DNA of 64,000 nt from Camelus ferus (Eukaryota): positions 20,150,001 through 20,214,000 of the forward strand of contig NC_045711.1 in the NCBI RefSeq assembly GCF_009834535.1. The letters run 5' to 3'. Both the position numbers and the translations under genes were made by a program. The notes under the pieces were generated by a model that saw only the letters and a list, made by a program, of their open reading frames with translations, was not told the DNA's origin and made no database searches. Of this stretch, positions 50,717 to 61,619 are shown piece after piece. Every line of letters starts with the position of its first letter. Position 1 is the first letter of the stretch.

Positions 50717-51654
50717 ACCCCCACTGGAGATGACCCATCAGGCTGAGGCCTGAGGCCTCGTTGCACCACGTCGGCTCTTCAGCCTCCAAGCCCCACACTC
50801 CTCCAGCCCGTGAGCCCCAGACCCGCTCCTCAGTCCCAGGGGCTCTCACCGGGCCGGGTGCTTCCCTCCTGAGGGTGCCCCCGGGAAAAGGAGGGCACAG
50901 AGCCCACCTGGGAATATAAAGGGCCATTTCCCATGGTGCTCCGGGCTCATCTGCATTTCTCCCATGAGCCTTGGCCTCCAGGAAATGAAACTGCTGAGTC
51001 ATCCCCCCTCCCCCAGGGGAGCCTGAGCAGCCCCCAGGGGGGCGGGCCTGTCCCCCAGCCCCAGCCCCAGCCCCAGTGTCATCACCCTGTGATGTCTGCT
51101 CCTCTGAGAAAACGCTTCTCATCGCCCTTCCAATCTACAGGTGCCTGAGCCTGTGCGCCTGACAGTCTCTCTGCGGTCACTGTCCCTTCGTGGGCCCCAG
51201 GTGACCTGCCTGGTCATGGGTCCTGTCCTCCTGGGTCTGAGTGGATTCCTTCTTTGTGTCTCTTGATTACAGTTTCTTTATGAATTCCAGAAATGGATCG
51301 ATCGCCAATTATTTACACTTTAACGGTGAAATTCTGTCTCTTTGGCTCTTCTTTTCACTTTTAAAATAAAGTCTCCTTAAATGCACACTTTTTTGAAAAT
51401 ACATTTGAAGCACATTTTTTTGTGATTCAACTTTTCAGTTTGTTTATAGAGTGTGCAGATATGGTCAAATGTGTCCATCTCTTTTTTGAGAAAATAATTT
51501 TTTGGTTTTGGTAAAGAGCATCTTCAGGTCCCCAAGACCACAATGTTAGTTTCTTGTATTTTCATATTATTCTTCCATGTTTTTTGTTTCCCTTGTTTCT
51601 TACTTTTTAATTTGAATGTAAGTTGCTTTTGTAAAAAATTTAATACAAGAGAAT

Positions 51655-51775
51655 AGATACAGATATTCCTCACTTCTTGAAAGTTCGCCACTCCTTTTTT
51701 TATGAAAGATCTGCATTAGTACCTGTTTTCCCTAGCCAAAGGAAATCTGAAGACGTTTTTTGCTTTCACACACAT
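51655..51775. mobile_element. Tigger-like DNA transposon fragment
   Basis: cagatattcctcacttcttgaaagttcgccactcc...atgaaagatctgcattagtacctgttttcc resembles a TcMar-Tigger terminus; subfamily uncertain. Confidence 0.45.
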
Positions 51776-54219
51776 CCATCATCTACACATACCTACACGC
51801 TCATGCATGTGTACTGACTCCAAGCAGACGGGCGCTGCTCCCTCCTGCTCATCTTGAAGAAGGAAACCCCCACACTGTGAACCGTGGCTGCAGCTGGGAG
51901 CCCTGGGGCCCCTGGCCCTCACCTGCCGGGCAGTGACTCGGACCACGACGTCCCCTCTCCCCCAGTGCCCCAGCTCTTCCAAACCACCCCTGGGCAGCCA
52001 CCTGTCCTTTTGAGTGGTAGCCTCTTTACTGGACCCCATCGCCATGCAATTTAGCGATGCAATTGGAAACGAGCTCCCCTGGGGAAAAGCGTGGATGCCA
52101 CACGTAGTGACGCTTGTTACGTGGGGAACAAGCCTTTCACCGGCGCATTTAATTTACGTAGAGGTCCAGCTGCAGTGACACGGGGCGGTTGGATTCCAGA
52201 GCCCATTCAGACCGCTCCTCCGGGACCGGCAGCCCACCCCACCAACCATCACCCGCTCGTGGGACAGATACTTGCGGGGGGCCTGTCCTGAGTGGGGAGC
52301 TCAGGGCAGAAAGGGGACATTTCCTGCCCTGTGGGCTCCATTTCCGTGAGGAGGGACTAGCAGTAACCTCCTCAGTGGAGAAGCACCTTAACTTCAGAGG
52401 GCGGCGGCGTGGAGGGGTTGGCCCTTGCTGGCCTGTCCCTGCAGAGGGTGGCACGTGGCAGGCCCTCCATGAGGAGGCCGATCGGCATCACGTTATCCCA
52501 CATGGAGCCTCCTGTGTGCCACCCAGAGCCGGAGATGGGCAAGGGGCCAGTTTGGAGAAGACGTCCTTTGAGGTCAAACCTCTGACCGGTGGCAGCTGGA
52601 GGCAGAAACCGTGACCAGAGGAGAGTTGGGAGGTGGATGGGAAAGAGGCCAACGAAGACCAGCGCATCAGAACAGACGGGGAAACACAGGCAGCTGAACT
52701 ATTTGATTCTAGAAACTTCTAATGGTAAGATGGAAACAACTGAAGATTGCACTTAGGTGCATATGATATGAAAATGGAGATCCAAGATTCTTGCTTTTAC
52801 TTGAGATTTATTATGATTCAAAATGTAATGTCCGTATAGAACGTGTGCCTCTAAGGGAAATCGGAAGATGGTGCTGGAGGCCCCCCTCGTGTGTGACCCC
52901 AACTATCCCCCATGAGGGTTCAGAGACAGAAACCAGGGGCTCTGGGAGTGACTTTACAGTAAACCCATGAACCTGCCTCATTTGTATGGCTTCCCTGGAG
53001 TCCTCAGCTGGTCAGAGAATCATTATTTGTTCTTGTCTTCACGGCTTTCTGCTCCTTTTGGAGGCACAACTCTAACTTCATAGGGGAAGTCAGTAAAAAA
53101 GTAGAAAATCGACAGACAGGCGACTTTTCAGAGCTCATCTTCCTCCGGGGCGACGGGGACACCCGCCCACCGGGCCCCGCGGGCGCTGCCCCCCGCGGAA
53201 GCAGCGGCTTCCTTTGCGTCGACAGGCAGGTCTCTCTGCGGAGCTCTCGGTAGTGAATTTACGCAAGAAGGATATTAAAGTGTTCATGTCCTTCTTTACT
53301 GCCCGTGAGGAGGGATGAGGGGGGAAGCCAATAAAAATGCGGTCGCATCTGCTGCTGCTCTCAGCGCAGCTGCGGGGACTGGCGCTGAGGGCTGGATGTT
53401 GTGATACAAGAGCAGCAACGTAAATGTCTGCTGAAGAGCCAAGTACTTGGACTCCGCCAGCATACGCAATGGCCCTCACTCGTCTTGATTGCTACAACAG
53501 TTCTCAAGAAGGTTCTATCTGGTGAGTCACTTGATGGTCTAAACACACTTCTCTTTCTTGCCAGGGCTTGACTCCAGCTGGGTCCGCTGCCCGCAGGTCC
53601 CAGCCCGCGGGGACTTTGTGGGTTGGGTGGTTTCTCGGGCCCAGCTGGCCGTGCTTAGGTCGGGTTCCCGGACGCGTTGGCGGAGCCTGTGGCTCGCAGG
53701 CGCCGGTCCAGGCCAGCTCTGAACCTGTCCAATAGATGCAGATGCGGTGCCCAGGAACACTGCGGGTGGGTGACGCTTTGACGGCTATCCTGAGGGATGG
53801 AGGTCACCAAACCAGCGGAGGAGCAGGAATGTGTCCACCCCGCAAACATCTCTGGAATGTCCTCTAAGCCTCAGGAGCAGAGAAGGGCCAGGAGGGTGAG
53901 ATGGTAACTTCTGCTGTAGTGTGAAGGCGCCGGTGCTCTAAGGGCATGTGGCGAGGCTTTGGTCTCCTTCCTCCCAGGTCTCAGCGGTGTTTGCGGGACC
54001 CTGACTCCACCTGGGCAGCCCCTGTCCTGGCGCCTTCCAATCTGTCAGCCTCGTCTCCACTGGTCCTCCCCCTCCCCCTTCTCCCTTTTCCTCTGCAAGA
54101 GCATGTGTCCCAGGCCCACAGGGTGGACTTTGGACCATGGGCAGGCTGGGGGCCAGGTCAGGGCCTTGCTGGCCTCTGGATCCCAAGGGAGAATTCTGAT
54201 ATCACTGGCGTGGGGTGAA

Positions 54220-54640
54220 CATAAGTTTTCTTTTGCTTAGTAACAAATTACCAAACTGACTGACTTAAAGCAATACATTCATCTTCTCAGCGTTAGGAGT
54301 TGGGATGCACCCTGGCTGGGCCCCCTGCTCAAGGGTCTCCCACAGCTGCACCCAAAGTGTTGGCCAAGCTGCACTCACAGCTGGCAGAATTCACTTCCTT
54401 GGGGTTGCAGGACTAGTGGCTTTGGCTTTACTAGCTGTCAGCTGGACGCACATTCACAGCATGGCTGCGTCCCTTTTCAAGGCCAGCAGGAGCGACAAGA
54501 GCTGGCCAGGAGTCTTCTGTAAGTTTGTGATATGTCATTGCAGGGGGGACACTCTGCCACACAGTGTAACCTCATTAAGGCAGTGACATCTGCCACCTTC
54601 TCTACTCCTATTGGTTGGAAGCAAATCACAGGCTCCACCC
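54220..54640 (-). mobile_element. MLT1-type LTR relic
   Basis: gttttcttttgcttagtaacaaattaccaaactgactgacttaaagcaatacattcatc...cctactcctattggttggaagcaaatcacagg. Confidence 0.65.
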
Positions 54641-55075
54641 CCAGTCATGGGGAGGGTGTACTGACAGGGGGTCACCTTGGGTGTGTCTGTCACAGGCTAC
54701 GATGTGGCCACTGGGACTCGTCAAAGCTCCCAAGGAAGCTTTAACATCAAGCAAAACTCGGGAGCCACTTATCTGAGGACTCCCGCTGCGGTCTAATTCT
54801 ACAGGCAGCTTGTCTCCTTCCTGCAGGCACTGCCCAGTCCACATCCAGCCACTGACTGGGGACCCCGACCCAGATCCCTTCATTCTGGGAGGCTCTTCAG
54901 ACATCTGGGGGAGACACTGCTGGTGCACCTGCACATATCTGCTCAGTTTGGAAAGAAAGATTGAATTACTTGACTAATGCAGCAAATCATTGCAAAAGCT
55001 GTCCATCTACATGTTTGTATTATTAATAAAAGCAACTTCTGTTTAAATTGCATTTTGCATAAAAATGGAAGGAGG

Positions 55076-55431
55076 GTATAGACTGAATTGGTTCCTCCAA
55101 AATTCCTATGTGAAACCCTAACCCCCACTATGACTGTATCTGGAATAGGATTTTTAGGAGGTAATTAACGGTTAAATGAAGTCTCAGAGAGGGACCCTAA
55201 TCAGGAAGGCCTGTGCCTTACAAGAAGCTGGAGGAGAGAGCGCCCTCTGTCTGTCATGTGATGACACAGCGGGAAGGCAGCCGTCTCGGTCAGGGGGAGA
55301 GCTCTCACCAGAACCTGACCACACTGCACCCTGACCCAGGGTTCACAGTCTCCAGAACTGTGAAAAATAAGTTTCTGCTGTTTAAGCTACTCAGTCTGGT
55401 AATTTCTCATGGCAGCCGCAGCTGAGTAACA
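55076..55431 (+). mobile_element. MLT1A-like solo LTR, about 355 bp, adjacent to or nested in the L1
   Basis: gactgaattggttcctccaaaattcctatgtgaaaccctaaccccc...tctccagaactgtgaaaaataagtttctgctgtttaagctactcagtctggtaatttctcatggcagcc...taaca. Confidence 0.8.
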
Positions 55432-57057
55432 CAGGAAGCCAACAAACAAAAGTGTTAGAGAAGAAGATTGAGGAAACTGACATCACAGCCTTGGGTTGTA
55501 GGGTGTACTTTAAAAGACCAAAAGTTTTTATAAAGAAATGATTAACATATTTGCTTATATGTAAAAGACTCTTAACAAGTCTTTGTTTTGAAAAGCGTCT
55601 GTTACCCACATAAATACAGTCAACTGATCTTTGACAAAGAGGCAAAGGCAATATAATAGAGAAAAGATAGTCTTTTCAATGAATGGTGCTGGAAGTAATG
55701 GCCATCCACATACAAAAATATGAATCTATTCACAGATCCTGCACAAAACATTAATGCAAAATAGATAATAGACCTAAATGTAAAATGCAAAACTGTAAAA
55801 CTTCTAGTAGACAACAGGATAAAATCTGGATGACCTTGGATATGGCAATATTTATATCTTTTTAAATACAAAAAGTCTCACTTTATCAAAGAGATAATTG
55901 ATCAGCTGGACTTAACTAAAAATAAAACCTTCTGCTTTGCAAAAGACACTGTCTAGAGAATGAGAAGACAAACCACAGACAGGGAGAAAACATTTGCAAA
56001 AGACACATCTGATGAAGAACTGTTAGCCAGAATGTATGAAGAACTCTAAAAACTTAGCAATAAGAAAATAAACCACCTGACTTTAAAAATAGGAAAAAGA
56101 CCTGGACAGACACCGCACCAAGGAAGGTATACAGATGGCAAATAAGCATATGAAAAGATGCTCCACATCGTATGTCATTATGGACTTGCAAATTAAAAGA
56201 ATACCATTACATACCTCTCAGAAAGGCCAAAATCCACAACACGGAGAACACCGAGCAACAGGGACCCCTTGATCATTGCTGGNNNNNNNNNNNNNNNNNN
56301 NNNNNNNNNNNNNNNNNNNNNNNNNNNNNNNNNNNNNNNNNNNNNNNNNNNNNNNNNNNNNNNNNNNNNNNNNNNNNNNNNNNNNNNNNNNNNNNNNNNN
56401 NNNNNNNNNNNNNNNNNNNNNNNNNNNNNNNNNNNNNNNNNNNNNNNNNNNNNNNNNNNNNNNNNNNNNTTGGAAGCAGCCAAGATAGATGTCTTTCCTT
56501 AAGCAAATGGATAAATTGTGGTCCATCCAAACAATGGAATATTCAGCCCTAAAAAGAAATGAGTTTTCAAGCCATGAAAAGACATGGAGGTAACTTAAAT
56601 GCATATGACTAAGTGAGGGAAGCCAACTTGAAAAGGCTACATATTGTATGATTCCAAATACACGATATTCTGAAAAAGGCAAAACTGTGGAGGAAAAAAA
56701 AAAAATCAATGGTTGCCAGAAGGATGAATAGGGAACACAGAGGATTTTATTTAGGGCAGTGAAACTACTGTGTAAGTCATTGTAATGGTGGATATGTGTC
56801 ATTAGACTCTTGTTCCAATGCATAGAATGTAGGACATTACAAGTGAACCCTGCAGTAACCCAGGGACATTGGGTGATCACAGTGTGTCATCATAGGTTCG
56901 CTGATTGTTACAACTGTACCACTCTGGTGCAAACTTCGATACTTAAGGAGGCTGTGCCTGTGTGGGGCAGGGGAAATAGAGGAACTCTCTGTACTTTCAG
57001 CTGAATTTTGCTGTGAACACAAAACTGCTCTAAAAATAGTGCCTCTTTTCAAAAAAA
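55432..57057 (+). mobile_element. Old L1 (L1MB/L1MC-type) ORF2 end, 3' UTR and A tail, abutting the inner edge of the right palindrome arm
   Basis: ORF2 remnants (caactgatctttgacaaagaggcaaaggc...), 3' UTR (gaactctctgtactttcagctgaattttgctgtgaacacaaaactgctctaaaaat); collinear across the N gap. Confidence 0.85.
56283..56469. other. Assembly gap (187 N)
   Basis: Run of N. The flanks are consecutive parts of the same L1, so the join looks collinear. Confidence 1.
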
Positions 57058-57730
57058 GGGTCCATTTAAGGAGCCCTTATTTTAAAAGCGAAAAGAAGAG
57101 CCAAAGAGACAGAAATTTCACCGTTAAAGTGTAAATAATTGGCGATCGATCCATTTCTGGAATTCATAAAGAAACTGTAATCAAGAGACACAAAGAAGGA
57201 ATCCACTCAGACCCAGGAGGACAGGACCCATGACCAGGCAGGTCACCTGGGGCCCACGAAGGGACAGTGACCGCAGAGAGACTGTCAGGCGCACAGGCTC
57301 AGGCACCTGTAGATTGGAAGGGCGATGAGAAGCGTTTTCTCAGAGGAGCAGACATCACAGGGTGATGACACTGGGGCTGGGGCTGGGGCTGGGGGACAGG
57401 CCCGCCCCCCTGGGGGCTGCTCAGGCTCCCCTGGGGGAGGGGGGATGACTCAGCAGTTTCATTTCCTGGAGGCCAAGGCTCATGGGAGAAATGCAGATGA
57501 GCCCGGAGCACCATGGGAAATGGCCCTTTATATTCCCAGGTGGGCTCTGTGCCCTCCTTTTCCCGGGGGCACCCTCAGGAGGGAAGCACCCGGCCCGGTG
57601 AGAGCCCCTGGGACTGAGGAGCGGGTCTGGGGCTCACGGGCTGGAGGAGTGTGGGGCTTGGAGGCTGAAGAGCCGACGTGGTGCAACGAGGCCTCAGGCC
57701 TCAGCCTGATGGGTCATCTCCAGTGGGGGT

Positions 57731-60700
57731 GGTTCTGACAGGTTCTGTCAGGTTCCCTCAGGTTCCCTCAGGTACTGTCAGCTTCCTTCCGGTTCTGTCA
57801 GGTTCCTTCTGGTTCTGTCAGGTTCCCACAGGTTCTGTCAGGTTCCCTCAGGTTCTGTCAGGTTTCCACAGGTTCTGTCTGGTTCCCTTAGGTTCTGTCA
57901 GGTTCCTTCCGGTTCTGTCAGGTTCCCTCAGGTTCTGTCAGATTCCTTCCAGTTCTGTCAGGTTCCCTCAGGTTCTGTCAGGTTCCTTCCGGTTCTGTCA
58001 GTTTCCCTCAGGTTCTGTCAGTTTCCCGCAGGTTCTGTCACATTCTCTTAGGTTCAGTCAGGTTCCCACAGGTTCTGTCTGGTTCCCTCAGGTTCTGTCA
58101 GATTCTCTGAGGTTCAGTCAGGTTCCCACAGGTTCTGTCACGTTCTCTTAGGTTCTGTCAGGTTCCCTCAGTTTCTGTCAGGTTCCCGCAGGTTCTGTCA
58201 CGTTCTCTTAGGTTCTGTCAGGTTCCCACAGGTTCTGTCTGGTTCCCTCAGGTTCTGTCAGGTTCTCTGAGGTTCAGTCAGGTTCCCACAGGTTCTGTCA
58301 GGTTCTCTTACGTTCTGTCAGGTTCCTTCTGGTTCTGTCAGTTTCCCGCAGGTTCTGTCACATTCTCTTAGGTTCAGTCAGGTTCTCTTACGTTCTGTCA
58401 GGTTCCCACAGGTTCTGTCTGGTTCCCTCAGGTTCTGTCAGGTTCTCTGAGGTTCAGTCAGGTTCCCTCAGGTTCTGTCAGGTTCTCTTAGGTTCTGTCA
58501 GGTTCCTTCTGCTTCTGTCAGTTTCCCTCAGGTTCTGTCAGGTTCCTTCCGGTTCTGTCAGGTTCCCTCAGGTTCTGTCAGGTTCCCGCAGGTTCTGTCA
58601 GGTTCTCTTACGTTCTGTCAGGTTCCCGCAGGTTCAGTCAGGTTCCCTCAGGTTCTGTCAGGTTCCCGCAGGTTCTGTCACATTCTCTTAGGTTCTGTCA
58701 GGTTCTCTTACGTTCTGTCAGGTTCCCTCAGGTTCTGTCAGGTTCCCGCAGGTTCAGTCAGGTTCTCTTAGGTTCTGTCAGGTTCCCACAGGTTCTGTCT
58801 GGTTCCCTCAGGTTCTGTCAGGTTCTCTGAGGTTCAGTCAGTTTCCCTTAGGTTCTGTCAGGTTCCCACAGGTTCTGTCCAGTTCTCTCAGGTTCTGTCA
58901 GGTTCTGGGAGGTTCAGTCAGGTTCCCTCAGGTTCTGTCAGGTTCCCTTAGGTTCTGTCAATTTCCCTTAGGTTCTGTCAATTTCCCTCAGGTTCTGTCA
59001 GGTTCCTGCAGGTTCTGTCAGGTTCTCTGATGTTCTGTCAGGTTCTCTTACGTTCTGTCAGGTTCCCACAGGTTCTGTCTGGTTCCCTCAGGTTCTGTCA
59101 GGTTCTCTGAGGTTCAGTCAGGTTCCCTCAGGTTCTGTCAGGTTCTCTTAGGTTCTGTCAGGTTCCTTCTGGTTCTGTCAGTTTCCCTCAGGTTCTGTCA
59201 GGTTCCTTCCGGTTCTGTCAGGTTCCCTCAGGTTCTGTCAGGTTCCCGCAGGTTCTGTCAGGTTCTCTTACGTTCTGTCAGGTTCCCGCAGGTTCAGTCA
59301 GGTTCCCTCAGGTTCTGTCAGGTTCCCGCAGGTTCTGTCACATTCTCTTAGGTTCTGTCAGGTTCTCTTACGTTCTGTCAGGTTCCCTCAGGTTCTGTCA
59401 GGTTCCCGCAGGTTCAGTCAGGTTCTCTTAGGTTCAGTCAGGTTCCCACAGGTTCTGTCTGGTTCCCTCAGGTTCTGTCAGGTTCTCTGAGGTTCAGTCA
59501 GGTTCCCTCAGGTTCTGTCAGGTTCCCTCATGTTCTTTCAGGTTCCCGCAGGTTCAGTCAGGTTCTCTTAGGTTCTGTCAGGTTCCCACAGGTTCTGTCT
59601 GGTTCCCTCAGGTTCTGTCAGGTTCTCTGAGGTTCAGTCAGGTTCCCTCAGGTTCTGTCAGGTTCTCTTAGGTTCTGTCAGGTTCCTTCTGGTTCTGTCA
59701 GTTTCCCTCAGGTTCTGTCAGGTTCCCTCAGGTTCTGTCAGGTTCCCGCAGGTTCAGTCAGGTTCTCTTAGGTTCTGTCAGGTTCCCACCGGTTCTGTCT
59801 GGTTCCCTCAGGTTCTGTCAGGTTCTCTGAGGTTCAGTCAGGTTCCCACAGGTTCTGTCAGGTTCTCTTAGGTTCTGTCAGGTTCCCACAGGTTCTGTCA
59901 GGTTCCCTCAGGTTCTGTCAGGTTCTCTTAGGTTCTGTCAGGTTCCCACAGGTTCTGTCAGGTTCTCTTAGGTTCTGTCAGGTTCCCACAGGTTCTGTCT
60001 GGTTCCCTCATGTTCTTTCAGGTTCCCGCAGGTTCAGTCAGGTTCCCACAGGTTCTGTCAGGTTCTCTTAGGTTCTGTCAGGTTCCCTCAGGTTCTGTCA
60101 GGTTCCCTCAGGTTCTTCAGGTTCCCGCAGGTTCTGTCACATTCTCTTAGGTTCTGTCAGGTTCCCACAGGTTCTGTCAGGTTCTCTTACGTTCTGTCAG
60201 GTTCCCTCAGGTTCTTCAGGTTCCCGCAGGTTCTGTCACATTCTCTTAGGTTCAGTCAGGTTCCCTCAGGTTCTGTCAGGTTCCCGCAGGTTCTGTCACA
60301 TTCTCTTAGGTTCTGTCAGGTTCCCACAGGTTCTGTCAGGTTCCCGCAGGTTCTGTCAGGTTCTCTGAGGTTTAGTCAGGTTCTCTTAGGTTCTGTCAGG
60401 TTCCCACAGTTCTGTCAGGTTCTGTCAGGTTCCCGCAGGTTCTATCAGGTTCCCTCGGTTCTGTCAGGTTCTCTGGCAGTCAGGTTCTCTGATGTTCTCA
60501 CAGGTTCTGTCAGGTTCCCACAGGTTCTGTCAGGTTCCCTCAGGTTCTGTCTGGTTCCCTCAGGTTCTGTCAGGTTCTCTGAGGTTCAGTCAGGTTCCCA
60601 CAGGTTCTGTCAGGTTCTCTTAGGTTCTGTCAGGTTCCCACAGGTTCTGTCAGGTTCCCACAGGTTCTGTCAGGTTCTCTGAGGTTTAGTCAGGTTCCCA

Positions 60701-61094
60701 GATGTTCTGTCAGGTTCCCGCAGGTTCTGTCAGGTTCTCTGATGTTCTGTCAGGTTCTGTCAGGTTCCCTCAGGTTCTGTCAGTTTCCCTTAGGTTCTGT
60801 CAGGTTCCCACAGGTTCTGTCCAGTTCTCTCAGGTTCTGTCAGGTTCTGGGAGGTTCAGTCAGGTTCCCTCAGGTTCTGTCAGGTTCCCTTAGGTTCTGT
60901 CAATTTCCCTCAGGTTCTGTCAGGTTCCCTTAGGTTCTGTCAATTTCCCTCAGGTTCTGTCAGGTTCCTGCAGGTTCTGTCAGGTTCTCTGATGTTCTGT
61001 CAGGTTCCCTCAGGTTCTGTCAGGTTCTCTGAGGTTCAGTCAGGTTCTCTTAGGTTCTGTCAGGTTCCCACAGGTTCTGTCAGGTTCCCTCAGG
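57731..61094. repeat. Tandem satellite, same family in inverse orientation (GGTTCTGTCA GGTTCYYNYA), about 3.4 kb
   Basis: Exact 10-bp register from 57731 to about 60110, then small indels; internal 660-bp higher-order duplication. Confidence 0.98.
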
Positions 61095-61619
61095 CAAGGC
61101 TGACTGGGTGTGGGGTCCCTGGGGTCGGGGGTGGGGAGTTGGGTGGCGGAGGGGCCGTGTGACCCACAGGCCCCAGGACAGCTCATCTGAGCAGAGGCAG
61201 AGCTTGAAGGGCCAAGTCTGAGCCCACAGCCCCACCCCCGGAGCCCCGCAGCCTGCTCGACCCTGCGGGGTCTGCCCCACCCTGCCTGCCTGGGGGCCCT
61301 CACCTCACTTGCTTTCCTTTGCAGCTCCCCAGAGATCAGGCAGTTGCGTCGGCTGAAGAAAGTTCTGCACGTTCCTCCCTCCCTCCCACCCTCTGCAGGT
61401 CCCTGTTGAGTCGGGACCCGGTTCCCCCCCACCCCCAAATCCCCGCACCAGGAACCCCTATCTCCCCCACCTCCTCACCTTTCCTTCCTTGTTCGCCTGT
61501 CCCGCCCCCCCCCCCCGGGCCCCGCACCGCGCCGTGCGCCCACCTGTGGGCCAGAGCAGCTAGGATCCCAGCGAGTCCTGCTCCGGCCGCCCAGCTCGTC
61601 GGAGGCCGGCAGCGTGGCC

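Larger units (their letters stand above)
47888..51399. repeat. Left arm of large inverted repeat (TEX19 palindrome), near-identical core
   Basis: Reverse complement of 57046-62828 apart from satellite length; identical ORF translations in both arms (137, 71, 132, 66, 274, 162, 114 and 77 aa ORFs). Confidence 0.95.

Noticed and set aside
49785-50769. Repetitive ORFs (FCQVPSGSVRF...) within the satellites, also at 57678-58151 and 60702-60933
   Set aside because: Translations of the 10/20-bp tandem repeat; no evidence of coding function.
55308-55320. CAGAACCTGAC in the MLT1A LTR matches the satellite unit, suggesting an origin for the array
   Set aside because: An 11-bp match to a standard MLT1 segment can arise by chance, and no flanking LTR similarity is seen at the array junctions.
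56283-56469. The palindrome as a mis-join at the N gap
   Set aside because: The L1 is collinear across the gap, and the arms have diverged margins, different satellite lengths and different distal UTRs, which a duplicated contig would not show. Consensus homogenisation of the core cannot be fully excluded without reads.
49624-61094. CRISPR-like repeat/spacer appearance of the arrays
   Set aside because: Eukaryotic DNA; units are contiguous variants of one 10-mer with no unique spacers and no cas genes.
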